From: the human T2T-CHM13v2.0 reference genome, Homo sapiens
Direction: 5' to 3' (one strand)
Assembly (NCBI RefSeq): GCF_009914755.1
Contig: NC_060931.1
Length of the DNA stretch: 64,000 nt
The notes under the pieces are model-generated. The model ran no database searches and had not been told where the DNA came from. It worked only from the letters and a program-made list of their open reading frames with translations. The stretch's first letter is position 1; the number at the start of each line of letters is the position of its first letter. The position numbers and the translations under genes were made by a program. Positions 1 through 16,911 of this stretch are shown in pieces.

Positions 1-195
1 TTATTTATTAATGAAAAAGTTTGAAATATTATGTGAATTACCAAATGAGACATAGAGATAAAAAGTGAGCACATGCTGTTGGAAAAAAATGGCACTGATA
101 GACTTCCTTGATACAGGGTTGTCACAAACCTTCAATTTGTAAAAAACTCAATACCTACAAAGAGCAATAAAGCGAAGTACAATAAAGTGTGCCTG
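1..195 (+). mobile_element. Tigger2 (MER28-like) DNA transposon, terminal fragment cut by the window edge
   Basis: Matches the Tigger2 end (gtgagcacatgctgttggaaaa...acaaaccttcaatttgtaaaaaa...gcctg), followed by TA at 196-197. Confidence 0.75.
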
Positions 196-519
196 TAATA
201 TGAATGTACAAAATATAGTAGTTTTTGAGATCTTTTTTGGTTATTTTATTATTCATTTTAACTTATTATAAAATATTTTGAACATAAGAAGTAGAGAAAA
301 TAGTATACCAAATCCTCATTTATTCATCACCCACATCCAGTCCTTATTTTTAAAATTTTGTTAATAGACATATAACAATTATATGCATTTATGGGGTATA
401 TGTCATATTTTGAGACAATTATGCAAGGTGTAATGATCAAACCAGGGTATTTAGGATAGCTCTCACCTCAGTCATTTATCTTTTTCTTGTGCTAGGAACA
501 TTAAAAATTTTCTCTTCTA

Positions 520-3265
<2,746 letters not shown>

Positions 3266-6200
3266 AATATTCTCTTCTAGCTATTATAAAATATATTATT
3301 AACTATAGTCACCCTACTGTGCTGTTGAACAATATAAATTATTCCTTCTTTCGAGCTGTAACTTTGTACCCATCAACCAACCTCTCTTCGTGACACCGTG
3401 TCGCCCCAACCCCTGCAACTTCCCAGCCTCTGGTAATTATCAATCTTCCTTCTACTCGCATGAGATCACCTTTTTTAGCTCCCATATATTGCTGACAACA
3501 TGTGATATTTGTTTTCCTGGCTTATTTCACTTAACATAATGACCTCGAGTTCCAATCCATGTTGCTGCAAATGATGGAATTTCATTTTTTAATGTTGCTG
3601 CAAATGACGGAATTTCATTTTTTTAATAGCGAAACAGTATTCCATTGTGTAAGTATGTCTCATTTTCTTTCTTCATTCATTCATTGATAGACACTTAGAT
3701 GATTCCGTATGTTGGCTATTGTGAATAGTGCTTCAGTAAACATGGAGGTCAAGTGTCCCTGTGATACACCGATTTCCTGTCTTTTGGGTAAATACCCAGT
3801 AGTGGGGATTTAGTAGTCTGATTTAGTGGTCAGTTTTTTTGAGAAACCTCTATACTGTTTTCCATAATGACTGTAGTGATTTATATATCCACCAACAGTG
3901 TGTAAGAGTTCCCTTTTCTCCATATTGTTGCCAGCATTTTTTTTTTGGTCTTTTTAATAATAGTCATTCTAAGTGGGGTAAGGTGATATCTCATTGTGGT
4001 TTTGATATGCATTTCCCTGATGGCTAGTGATGTTAAACATTTTTTCATATACTTGGCTATTTGTATGTCTTCTTTTGAGAAATGTCTCTTCATGTCCTTT
4101 GCCTACTTTTTAAAAGGGATTTTTTTTTTGCTGTTGAATTCCTTGTATATTCTCAATATTAGTCCCTTGTTGGATAAATAGTTTGCACATATTTTCCTGT
4201 TCTACAGATTGTCTCTTCACTCTGTTGACTGTTTCCTTTGTTTTGCAGAATCTTTTTAGCTTAATATAGTCCCATTTGTCTATTTTTGTTTTTGAGATCT
4301 TAGCCACAAAATTTTTGCCTTGACCTATGTCCTGAAACATTTCCCCTGTGGTTTCTTCCAGTAGTTTCATAATTTCAGGTCTTATATTTATGTCTTTAAT
4401 CATTTTAATTTTTGTGTATGGTGAGACATTAGGGGTCTAGTTTCATTATTTTGCAGATGAATATTCAGTTTTCTCAGTACCCTTTATCGAAGAGGGTATC
4501 CCTTCCCTGATACACATTCTTGGCACCTTTGGTGAAAATCAGTTGGTGGTAAATATATGTATTTATTTCTGGGTTTTCTATTCTGTTCCATTGGTCTGTG
4601 TGTCTGTTTATATCAATACTATGCTCTTTGGGTTACCATAGCCCTGTAATGTTTTGAAGTTAAGTAGTGTGATGCTTCCAGCTTTTTCTTTTTTGCTCAG
4701 GGTTGCTTTGGCTATTCTGATTCTTTTTTGATTTCATATGAACTTTGGTATTTTTGTTTTCAATTTCTGTGACAAATGACAATAGTATTTTGATAGAGAT
4801 TGCTTTGAATCAAGTTTACTTTGGGTAAACATTTTAATGATATTAATTCTTCTGATTCATGCACATGGAATGTCTTTCCATTTGTTTATTTCTTTCATTA
4901 GTGTTTTGTAGTTTCCCTTGTAGAGACCTTTCACCTTTTTGGTTAGATCCGAGGTATTTTATCTTTTAATTATTGTAAATGGGATTGTCTTCCTGATTTC
5001 TTTTTCAGCTTTTTCATCATTGATGCATCAAAATACTACTAATATTATATTCTGATATTTTACTGAATTTATCAGTTGTAAGGGTTTTTCTTGGTAAAGT
5101 CTTTAGGTTGTCTATATATAAGATCATGCTATCTACAGAAAGAGACAATTTGACTTACTCTTTTCCAATTTAGATGCTTTTTATTTATTTCTCTTGCCTG
5201 ATTGCTCTGGCTAGAACTTCTAGTGCTATGTTGAATAAGAGTGGTGAATGTGGGCATCCTGCTCTGGTTCCAGTTTTTAGAAGAAGGTCTTTCAGCTTTT
5301 CCCCATTTAGTATGATGTCAGCTGTGAATCTGTCATATATGGCCTTTATTATGTTGAGGTATGTTCCTTGTATGTCTAATTTGTTGAGAGTTTTTTTTTA
5401 TCATGAAGGGATACTGAATTTATCAAACAATTTTCTGCATCTATTGAGATAATCATAAAGTTTTTTCCTTCATTCCACTGATGTCATCACATTTATTGAT
5501 TTGCATGTGTTAAACCATCCTTGCATCTTTGGGTAAATCACACTTGACCATAGTATATTATCTTTTTGGTGTACTGTTGAATTCAGCTTGCTAGCATTTT
5601 GTTGATGATTTTTATGCCTGTGTTCATCAGGGATATTGGCCTGTAGCTTTCTTTTTCGTTGTGTCCTTCTCTGGTTTTGGTGTCAGGGTTGTGCTGGCCT
5701 TGTAGAATGAGTTAGGAAAAATTCCCTCCTCTTCAATTGTTTTTAAACAGTTTGTGAAGAATTGGTGTTAGTTTTTCTCTATAGGTTTGGTAGGGTTCAG
5801 CAATAAAGTCATCCACTACTGGGCTTCTCTTTGTTGGGAGACTTATTACTGATTCAATCTCATTACCAGTTATTGGTCTGTTCAGGTTTTCTATTTCTTC
5901 CAGGTTCAATCTTGGAAGGTTGTATGTGTCCAGGAATTTACCCATTTCCTCTAGGTTTTCCATTTTGTTGGCTATAGTTGTTCATAGTAATCTCTGATGA
6001 TCCTTTGTGTTTCTGTGGTATCAGTTATAATATCTTCTTTCTCATTTCTGATTTTATTTGACTCTTCTTCCTTTTTTCATGGTTAGTCTAGCTAGGAGGT
6101 TTATCAATTTTGTGTATCTTTTTTTTAAAACACGCACTTTTTGTCTCTTGATCCTTTGTATTGTTTTTTAGTCTCTATTTTGTTTTTGTTCTGATATTTA

Positions 6201-6920
6201 CTATACTTTTCCTTCTACTAATTTTGGGTTTGGTTTGTCATTGGTTTTCTAGTTCCTTGAGGTGTATCACTAGGCTGTTTATTTAAAATATTTCTGCTTT
6301 TGTGATATAGGCATTTAGTGCTATATACTTCCCTTTTAGCACTGCTTTTCTGTATCCCATAGGTGTGGGTATGTTGCATTTCTATTTTCATTTGTTTAAA
6401 CATATTTTTAAAAATTTCCTCTCAATTTCTTCATCGACCCAGTGGTCATTCAGGAGCATATTGTTTAATTTCCATGTATTTGTACAGTTTCCAAAGCTCC
6501 TGTTATTTCTACTTTTATTCCATTGTAGTTTAAAAAGATGCTTGATTTGATCTTAATTTTAAAATGTGTTGAGATTTATTTTGTGGCCTAACATATGGCC
6601 TATCCTGGAGAATGTTCCATGTGCTGATGAGAAGAATGTGTATTCTGCAGCTTTTGGATAAAATAAAATGTTTTGTAAATGTTAAGTCAAATTTGATCTA
6701 AAGTCCAGCTTATTTATTTTCTGTTCTTACTAAAATCCAGTTAAAATCCAATGTTTCTATGTTGATTCTTCCGTCTAGGTGATCTGTTAAAAATGCTGAG
6801 AGCAGATTGTTGAAGTCCCCAACTATTATTGTATTGAAGTCTATCTCTCCCTATAGATGTAATATTTGCCTTATACAGCTGGGTGCTCGAGTGTGGGGTA
6901 CATGTATATCAAGCATTGTT

Positions 6921-6994
6921 ATAGGTTGGTGCAAAAGTAATTGCAGTTCTTGCTTTTAATGTCAAAAACTACAATTACTTTTGTACCAATCTAA
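6921..6994. mobile_element. MADE1 (Hsmar1-derived MITE)
   Basis: taggttggtgcaaaagtaattgc...caattacttttgtaccaatctaa inverted termini. Confidence 0.9.
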
Positions 6995-7243
6995 TATATC
7001 CCCTTGCTGAATTGATCCATTTGTCATATATAATGACCTTTTTATCTTTTTATAGTTTTTGACTTAAAGTCTGTTTTATCAGATATAACTATAGCTATTC
7101 CTGCTCACTTTTGGTTTCCATTTGTGTGAAATGTGTGGAATATCTTTTTCCATCCTTCACTTTCAGTCTGTATGTGTCTTTACAAGTGAAGTGAGTTTCT
7201 TGATGGCACCATATAGTTGGGTTATTTTTAAAAATGCATTCAG

Positions 7244-7703
7244 TGGCACCAACCCAAATGCCCATCAATCAACGAGTGGATAAAGAAACTGTGTTTTATA
7301 TATACATATATTATATATGTGTGTTTTATATATATTATATATATGATGGAATACTACTCAGCCATAAAAAGGAATGAACTAATGGCATTTGCAGTGATCT
7401 GGATGAGATTGGAGACTTACTATTCTAAGTGAAGTAACTCAGGAATGGAAAACCAAACACCATATGTTCTCACTCGTAAGTGGGAGCTAAGCTATGAGGA
7501 TGAAAGGCATAAGAATGACACAATGGACTTTGGGGACTCACGGGGAAAGGGTGGGAAGGGGGTGAGGGATAAAAGACTACAAATAGGGTGCAGTGTATTC
7601 TGCTTGGGTGATGGGTGCATCAAAATCTCACAAATCACCAATAAAGAACTTAATAATGTAACCAAACATCACCTGTTCACCAATAACCTACAGAAATTTA
7701 AAA
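7244..7703 (+). mobile_element. L1PB-type (L1PB1-like) 3' fragment
   Basis: L1PB 3'UTR sequence with A tail; TSD aaaaatgcattcag 7230-7243 / aaaaatggattcag 7704-7717. Confidence 0.8.
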
Positions 7704-7721
7704 AAAAATGGATTCAGCTAG

Positions 7722-8025
<304 letters not shown>

Positions 8026-8788
8026 CAGCTAGTCTATATCTTTCAAGTGGGAAATGTAATCAGTTCCCATTCAAGGTTATTACTGATAGGTGAGGACTTA
8101 TTCTTGCCATTTTGTTAATTGTTTTCTACTTGTTTTGTGCATCCTTTGTTCATTTCTTCCTCTCTTATTGGTTATCATTGTGGTTTGGTGGTTTTCTGTA
8201 GTGGTAACATTTGATTCCTTTCTTTTTCTCATTTGTATCTGCTCCACCAGTGAGTTTCATGTTTTCATGATGCAAATATCAGCCTTTTGCTTTCAGATGT
8301 AGAACATGTTAAGCATTTCTCGTAGGGCTGGTATAGTGGTGATGAATGCCCTCAGTTTTTGCTTGGCTGGGAAAGACTTTATTACTCTTTAATTTTTGAA
8401 GGACAACTTTGCCGAGTATAGTGTTCTTGCGTGACAGTTTTCTTTTTCCTTTAGCACTTTTAATGTATTATCACATTCTCTCCTGGCCTGTAAGGTTTCT
8501 GCTGAGGAATCTATTAGTCTGATGGGAGTTCCCTTATATGTGATTTGACACTTTTCTCTTATTGATTTTAGAATTCTTTTTTTGTCTGGCTTTCAACAGT
8601 TATAAGCTGAAATGTTCCTCAAGTGATAATATACCTTGGGGAAGACTTTTTCGGGTTCAATCTATTTGGGTATCTTTAAGCTTCCTGTATCTGGATGTCT
8701 AGATCTCTTCCAAGATGTAGGAAGTTTTCAGCTATTATTTCATTAAATAGGTTCTCTATGCCTTTGCCCATCTCTTTTTCTTCTATAA

Positions 8789-9227
<439 letters not shown>

Positions 9228-11984
9228 TATATTTTTAACTTCATTCATTGAACCCTTCAGTCCCAGTATTTCTGTTTGGTTCTTTCTTTATGATATCTAT
9301 CTCTGTTGAATTTCTTACTCAGATCATAAGTTGTTTTTCTGATTTCTCTGTATTATTATTTATTTCTAGTTTTATTCCATTGTAGTCTGAAAAGGTACTT
9401 GATATTATCTTAATTTTAAAATTTGTTGAGATTTATTTTGTGGCCAAACATATGGCCTATCCTGGAGAATGTTTCATGTGCTGACAAGAAAATGTATTCT
9501 GCAGTTTTTGTTCTATGTTCTCTTGTATCGCACTGAACTTGTTTAATAACATTATTTAAAATTCTTTTTTGGGCATTTCATGTATTGCTTTTTCATTCAA
9601 ACCTGTTCCTAGAGAATTACTGTGTTCCTTCAGAGGCATTCTGTTTCCTTGCTTTTTCATGTTTCTTATATCCTTACACTCATATTTGTGCATCTGGTGT
9701 AACTGTCTCTTCTTTCAATTTTATGGATTGGCTTTCATAGGAAAAGACTTTTCCTGATAGATGTATCTATTGTATTGGTTGGGTAGGATGCTTTGGCTTT
9801 TATTTTGGGTGGGGGCAGTAGTTTAGTTTCCATATTTCTTCAGCTATAATCAGTGTCAGTGGTATCTGTGAGTTCCTCAGTGGATTGGCTGTGGTTGTTT
9901 GGGGAGGCTGTGGCGAGGCTTTGCTGGGGATGGGGATGCCAGGTGGGGCAGTCTTTGGGCCCCAGTGGTGGTAGTTGTGGGTCAAGCCTGCTGATCTTCC
10001 TCTCCCACCCCCGCTCCCCAGCAGTGTGCATGACCTGCTCAGTGGGTGGGGTGGATTGATCCCCAGGACCCTGGATATTGCATGTGGTCACTGATAGGGG
10101 ATGTGTCAGCCAGGGCGGGCCTGCCCTCAGGCCCCACAATAGTGCACATAGATGCAGGCTACAGCAGGCAGGGCTGGTCAATCCCCAGATGCCTGGACAA
10201 CATGTGCAAACTCCGGCAGACTGGGCAGGTCTCTTCTCAGACCAGCAGAGGCATGTGCAGATGCTAATGGCAGCAGGTGGAGTGGATTGATCACCAGGCC
10301 CCAATGTACATGGCAACTGGCAGGGATGACACTGGGCAGTATAGACCTATCCTCAGCTCTCTCAAGGGTACACACAGGCACAGGCTGTGGTGGGTTGAAC
10401 AGGTTGATCCCCAGGCCCTCAGATGGTATGTCTGGGTACCAGCAGCAGTGGCAGAGTAGGGGGCAGGCCTGTCATCAGAACCCACGATGGTGTGTGCAGG
10501 CACTAGAAGTGGAAGGTGGGATAGGCTGATCCCATGGTCACCTTAACAACATGCATTAGTGTGGGCAGAGGTGGTGGGCAGGTGGCCTACCTGATGGTGC
10601 ATGCACTTGCCAGCTGTGGTGGGCAGGGCAGGTTGATCCTCAGGTCCCCTTTATGGCATGCTTGGGTGCCGGTGGTGGTGATAGGTGCAGCAGACCTGTT
10701 TTCAGTTTCCAGGATGGTGCCTGGCAAACCAGTTTCCAGGTCCCTTGAAGGTATCTGCAGGTGCACAGTGGCCCTGCTGCTGGAAGTTGGGGGATGGGGT
10801 TGCTGTCAATGGCGTGGCCCAACCCAGGCAGCTCTCAGGCTTTGGGGAGCATGAATTCCAGTTCCCTTTGTTCTGGTGACTGCCTCCCCAGTGCACAGTA
10901 CCACTGATTCCCTGCAGCATAGAATACTGTATGAGTCAGAGTCCTGGGAATCTGGCTATACTGCTGGGTCCAGCCAGTGTTGTGATGCTGCAGCCTTCTG
11001 GATAGATGTCAGTCAGGGGATGTCAGAGGGATGTGGAGATACAGAGGCTGTTGAGTCCCGGGGAAGGATGTAGTCTGGTGGAGGCTGGCCTCTCAAAATA
11101 ATGCCATGCTGCAGGTGTCTTGATCTTGGGGTGTGTGGGGGACCCAGAGTGAAGTTCTTCTCTGGACTAATGGCATTGGAGGACTTGAGGATGCTCCTTA
11201 GACTAGTCTCAGGGCCCACAAGGGCTGAGGGGCTCTCCTGTGGCTAGGACTGTAAGAGTCAGTGTGGCAATGTAGACTGCTGAAGATCTCTTGCTTACCT
11301 TCTCTCTGCACTGGGGGGTTTCTCCTGGCTCCGAGCTGATTGCAGCTGGACCAGCTGCTTTGCTTCCCTCTCCTTCCAAGCCTCAGATGTTCCCTGTCAC
11401 TTCTCTGATGAATTCCATTGTTCTCTTAGAAGCTCCACTTGTTATGTGATTGTTCAGTTTTGGTCCTTCTTTGTGCAGAAGTGCCAGGTGTCGCTAGTCA
11501 GCTATCTTGAAACCCTTCTCTCTGGATGTACAAAATACTGTTTACACTTCGAGGTTTGTTCTGGGATGCTCGCAGATCTCATCCCATATAAGTAGTGAGG
11601 GAAAAAAGAGGTGGTTGCCTAAGGTTTCTCCTTCTATCTCTGATTGGCTCAACATCCACTGGGCAACACACATCAACCTTTCAAGACAAGAACGGTAGGT
11701 GATGTGTGGAGTGGTGATGGTGTATGTGAAAACCCTTGGCTTCCTTTACATGATCGTAGTCTGAAAGATGGAGACTACATGGAGAATGTCTCAAGAAAAT
11801 TCCTCCTTTCACACTCCTCTGACGATACCACAGACCGACTCCTCACAGATGAGCAAAAGCTTGGGTGGGAGCTTATTTCTTCTCCCACTGTGCTTCAACT
11901 TCTCAAGGAATTGTAGAATGAGAGAGAGCAGAGGATTTTTAATATTTGCTGATTATCCACTATGTGCAAGCTTCGTATAAACAA

Positions 11985-12132
11985 TAGGTAGTATAATCTC
12001 CATTTTATAGTTGAGGAAACTGAGACTGGAGATTAAATCATTTGCTGGAAGACACAAAGCCAGTAATTAGTAGACTCAGGACTTGAGCAAGACTGTCCAT
12101 CTTCAGAGCCCACAGTCTTTCCATGACACCAG
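11985..12132 (-). mobile_element. MIR SINE fragment
   Basis: MIR core ccattttatagttgaggaaactgag... Confidence 0.7.
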
Positions 12133-12219
12133 CAATGCACAGTTAGGTCCACAGGGACTCTCTCACATCTACTCTGTGCTCTCATTCTTGGCATCCAAAG
12201 AATGTTAGGCACTGAGAAC

Positions 12220-12577
12220 CGCTATGGACTGAATGTCTGTGTCCCCCCAAATGTCATATGTTGAAACTGAATCCCCACTCCGATGGTGTTTGAAGGTGGG
12301 CCCTTTGGGAAATGAAGTCATGAGGGGGAGGGAGCCCTCATGAAAGGGATTAGTGGCCCCAGAGAGAGAACCCCTCACCCTTTCTGCCAAGTGACTGTGC
12401 AGCAAGAAGACAGCCATCTATGAACCACGAAGCAGACACTCACCAGACACCGAACCTACTGCACTCCTGACCTTAGACTTCCGAACAGCCTCCAGAACTC
12501 TAAGAAATAAATTTCCTTTGTTTATAAACCACCCAGCCTATGGTATTTTGTTATAGCAGCCTGAACACATTGTGACA
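12220..12577 (+). mobile_element. MLT1A0-like MaLR solo LTR
   Basis: gctatggactgaatgt...agaaataaattt...tggtattttgttatagcagcc...aca; 5-bp TSD agaac/agaat. Confidence 0.85.
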
Positions 12578-12960
12578 AGAATTCAAGCTACTAAGGATCA
12601 CTTTAGCTGAGAAATGCTTGGGCAATTGGGTAGAAAGGCTGGCATAGTGCAAGTCAGAAAACTTCAGAGTCAAAATGGAGGGAGGGACTCCTCTCCCCTC
12701 CTACAGAGTGACAGAAAGGAGGGAAGAGTTCTGCTTTATGACAAAGCATTTTAAATAGCACGCAGATCCTCTAGAAAAGGATGCAGAGCCACAATGTGGG
12801 CAGAGGCTCGGGGACTGAGGGGGGAAACCAGAAGCTGAGTTTCTTTCCTCTAGTGCCAGAGAAATTTTCCAAGGTGGGATTGGGATTGTGGTGAATGACC
12901 TTGGATTGAGATCCAGGGGCTGTGGGAAAGCCATAGGAGCCCCAGACTATGAACATCTTA

Positions 12961-13121
<161 letters not shown>

Positions 13122-13211
13122 TGATAAATTAGAAAATGTTCAAAACACTTAAAATTGGGTAGTGATGCCAACAGCCCACCTCACCCATGCCAGGAGCCTT
13201 ACCATGTTAAG

Positions 13212-13544
13212 CAGTGGTCCCAGCCTTTTTGGCACCAGGGACTGGTTTTGTAGAAGACAATTTTTCCACGGACCAGGGGGTGGTGGGGATGATTTCAGAA
13301 TGAAACTTCCACCTCAGATCATCAGGCATTAGATTCTCATAAGGAGCATACAACCTAGACCTCTCTCCTGCACAGTTCACAATAGGGCTCACATTCCTAT
13401 GGGAATCTAATGCCACTGCTGATCAGACAGGAGACAGAGCTCAGGTGGTAACGCTTGCTTGCCACTCACCACCTGCTGTATGACCCAGCTCCTAACAGGC
13501 CACAGAGCAGTACTGGTCTGCAGCCTGAGGGTTGAGAACCCCTG
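13212..13544 (+). mobile_element. MER1B (hAT-Charlie) non-autonomous DNA transposon
   Basis: cagtggtccc...gaacccctg termini; 8-bp TSD atgttaag / acgtaaag. Confidence 0.88.
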
Positions 13545-14301
13545 ACGTAAAGCACCCCCTTTGTGAGAAAACAAGCTCTGGGCCTTTAATTCCTGCAGCC
13601 AGCTGCTCTGTGCACATGGGGTGAGGGGCAGGAGGGAGTCAGGCAGGAGACCTCTGGTCCCTGGCACAGCTATTCTCGCAACAGCCATTGGTCAATCTCC
13701 CCGGTCCCTACCACAGCCCCTCTGCTCTCTGTACCTGCCGGCCTCAATGCGGAGCCTCTCTGAGAAACAGCTCCTCCCTCGCCAGCCACCTTCTGTGTAC
13801 AGTTCAACTTCTATCTCCTCAGATCTCCTTCCCCATCAGTCAACCCACCTCCCTTCTCCTATTTCAAAAATTACTCAACATTTCTGTTCTTGCACTTTTT
13901 TGGGCTGTTACAGATTTTTTGAAGTTCAATGACATTTGGGAAGGACAGATAAAAGTGAGCATTCAATTTGCATCTCAAGTCATGACATTTGCCTTGTAAA
14001 TGACGTCTGCTTCCATTTTACTGGAGGAAGCTGGCCAGGTGGGGTCTCCTTTCCCATAGGTGGCTGTGATGTCAGGTGAGCTGCTCAGCCTCTTCTGGCT
14101 TACTTTCCGTTCACATGACGAGGGTCGTGAATGAGATTAGTATCCATCAAACCTGTTCCTGTAATACACCCCTTCTATCAGGTAAAACTGATGGCAGGAT
14201 TCCAGTATATAAAACAAGCTAAACTGGTATTTTCTTTTTCAGAATACGTACTGAAGTGCTGAAGAGTAACTAAAACATTTTTTAACAGGAGAAAAGGCCC
14301 T

Positions 14302-14819
<518 letters not shown>

Positions 14820-16214
14820 TCATGAGATGGATCAACAGTCATGGTTACTGGTGGCAGACACACCTCGGAGGGACCTGAAGGTTTGTCTGGATGAGCGACT
14901 GGATTGCAACTATGGGATGGGCTAGAGGATGGGCCCAGCAGGTGGCCCAGGATGGAACCCCTCTGGAAGTGCCTGGGCGGGGCCGCGTCAGCTGCAGCTG
15001 CAGGTAAGCATGCATGGGACCCCACAGGAGTGGCTGTCAATGACACCAATGTGGAGATAGGTCTTTGGCCTAAGGGAGGAGTGAAGCCCCAGGGTACCAC
15101 GGGACAGGAGGGAAGATAATGTTTTCCTGCAAAATGGGCAGGTCAGATCTCAGTGTTCGAAGGATTTGACTAGAACTGTGCTTAGGATCAATGAAAAGGG
15201 AGAGGCAGGTCACAGTATTTGAGGATAAACTAATTTTTACCTTATTCTGGGATCAAAGTGACTATCAAAGCTTTAAAATACAGCATATAAAGTGTCAGAA
15301 AAGGTACACTAGTTTTTTCTTTTAAAGTACACTAGTTTTTATAGTATAAATAGTTGTAGAATCTAGGTAGTGGGTTTATGAGTGTTCACGGTAATTTTTT
15401 TTCAGCTTTTCTGTATGCTTTAAATTTTTCAGGACAAAATGCCTAGAAGTGGTCAAATAACATTTTATTTTGTAGTCGAGCATTTGAGGAACCCTTGGAC
15501 GATTGTCGGGAAGCCTTCGGGTTAATGAAGCATGAAAACTATTGGGCCTCTCCTGAGCCCTTTGAGCTCAAAAATCTCTAACTTCCTAGGAGGCTCCTCA
15601 GGCTCAGCCCAGGCCTGAAGCTGATGTATTTGAGAAGCTGGTGTTTTAGATGACTGTCATCTAAAACCTCAAAGCCTCAAAAGCTGTTTACATCAGTGGG
15701 GTTGCACCTGTACTCTGAGTTAGTTTTATCACAAAAATGGGTCATTTGCAGCTGCCTTTTAAAGGTGAAAACAGATGCAAAATATATTAAAAAAATCAAA
15801 CAGACTTTCAAAAACCACACACAGTGCCAAGTAGTCAGTGGATTTGTCGGCGCCCTGCCTGAGAACAGCACTTTGATAAAAGGCCCAGCTGCAAGGGTGC
15901 AGAATAACAGAGTTGGGAGCACTGCTGCCCTTTCTTTGTTCTGCCTTTCAGGGCAGCTGTCCTCAAATATGGGGTGGGCACAAGTGGTGTGCTTACTGCC
16001 AGCACTGCCTGCTACAAGGAAAAGAACTGTATGGCCTACTAATTTGGGGGAGTGCTGGATTAAACAGCATTAAGATGCTTCTCAGACTGTTCAATATACT
16101 TGTGTGCACTGCCCGTCTCCCAGGGATGGACACAGTTGTGATCCCCAAATGCTCTACAGACTTTTAGGGGAGGGACCATGCTCTAGGACCCATGCTTTAA
16201 GAAGGCAAAAATAA

Positions 16215-16370
16215 ACCAAGCACTGTGGCTCATGCCTGTAATCCCACGGCTTTGGGAAGTGGGAGGATCGCTTGAGCCTAGAGGTTTGAGGCTGCAGTGA
16301 GCTATGATTGAACCACTGCATGCCAGGCTGGGTGACAGAACAAGACCCTGTCTCTAAAAAAACAAAAAGG
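16215..16370 (+). mobile_element. Alu right-monomer-like element (FRAM/AluJ-derived)
   Basis: gtggctcatgcctgtaatccc...gaggctgcagtgagctatgatt...gaccctgtctctaaaa. Confidence 0.75.
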
Positions 16371-16435
16371 AAGCAAAATAGAAAATGCTTCTTTGCAAAC
16401 ATTATGTCAATTAGTGATACATCTAAAATACATCT

Positions 16436-16545
16436 TGAGAGGCTGGGGTAGGAGAATTGCTTGAGGCCAATGGTTTGAGACCAGCCTGGGAAACGCAGTG
16501 AGACCCCATCTCTAAAACATAAAATAAAATAAAAAATAAATAATT
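16436..16545 (+). mobile_element. Alu left-monomer fragment (FLAM/AluJ)
   Basis: gagaccagcctgggaaacgcagtgagaccccatctct followed by an A-rich tail. Confidence 0.7.
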
Positions 16546-16911
16546 AAAATGCAGTTTAACTGTAGCAGCTATACCCTTCAGCAGCATCTGTGAGAGAAGT
16601 GTTATTTCTGACCAAGCAGAGCTGTGTTTTAAGATGAAGGCTCCCCGACCTGTGAAAAACAGCCCTAGCTCAAGGTTAACTTACAGTATCAACAGTACAT
16701 TACTTCAGCGATGCTTCTGTCTTCCTACCCACTGGGGACAATTGTCTCCATAGCTTGTATCTTACATTCTCAAATAACATCTAGTTTCTGGTTCCCCTGA
16801 GACCAGGTGCATCCTCCACCCACCTCACCCCACTGAACCAAGGATCTGCTGTACACCCTTCCTCATTAGAAACTTCATCTCCACCCTCTTTCCCACTCCC
16901 CCAACAAAACA

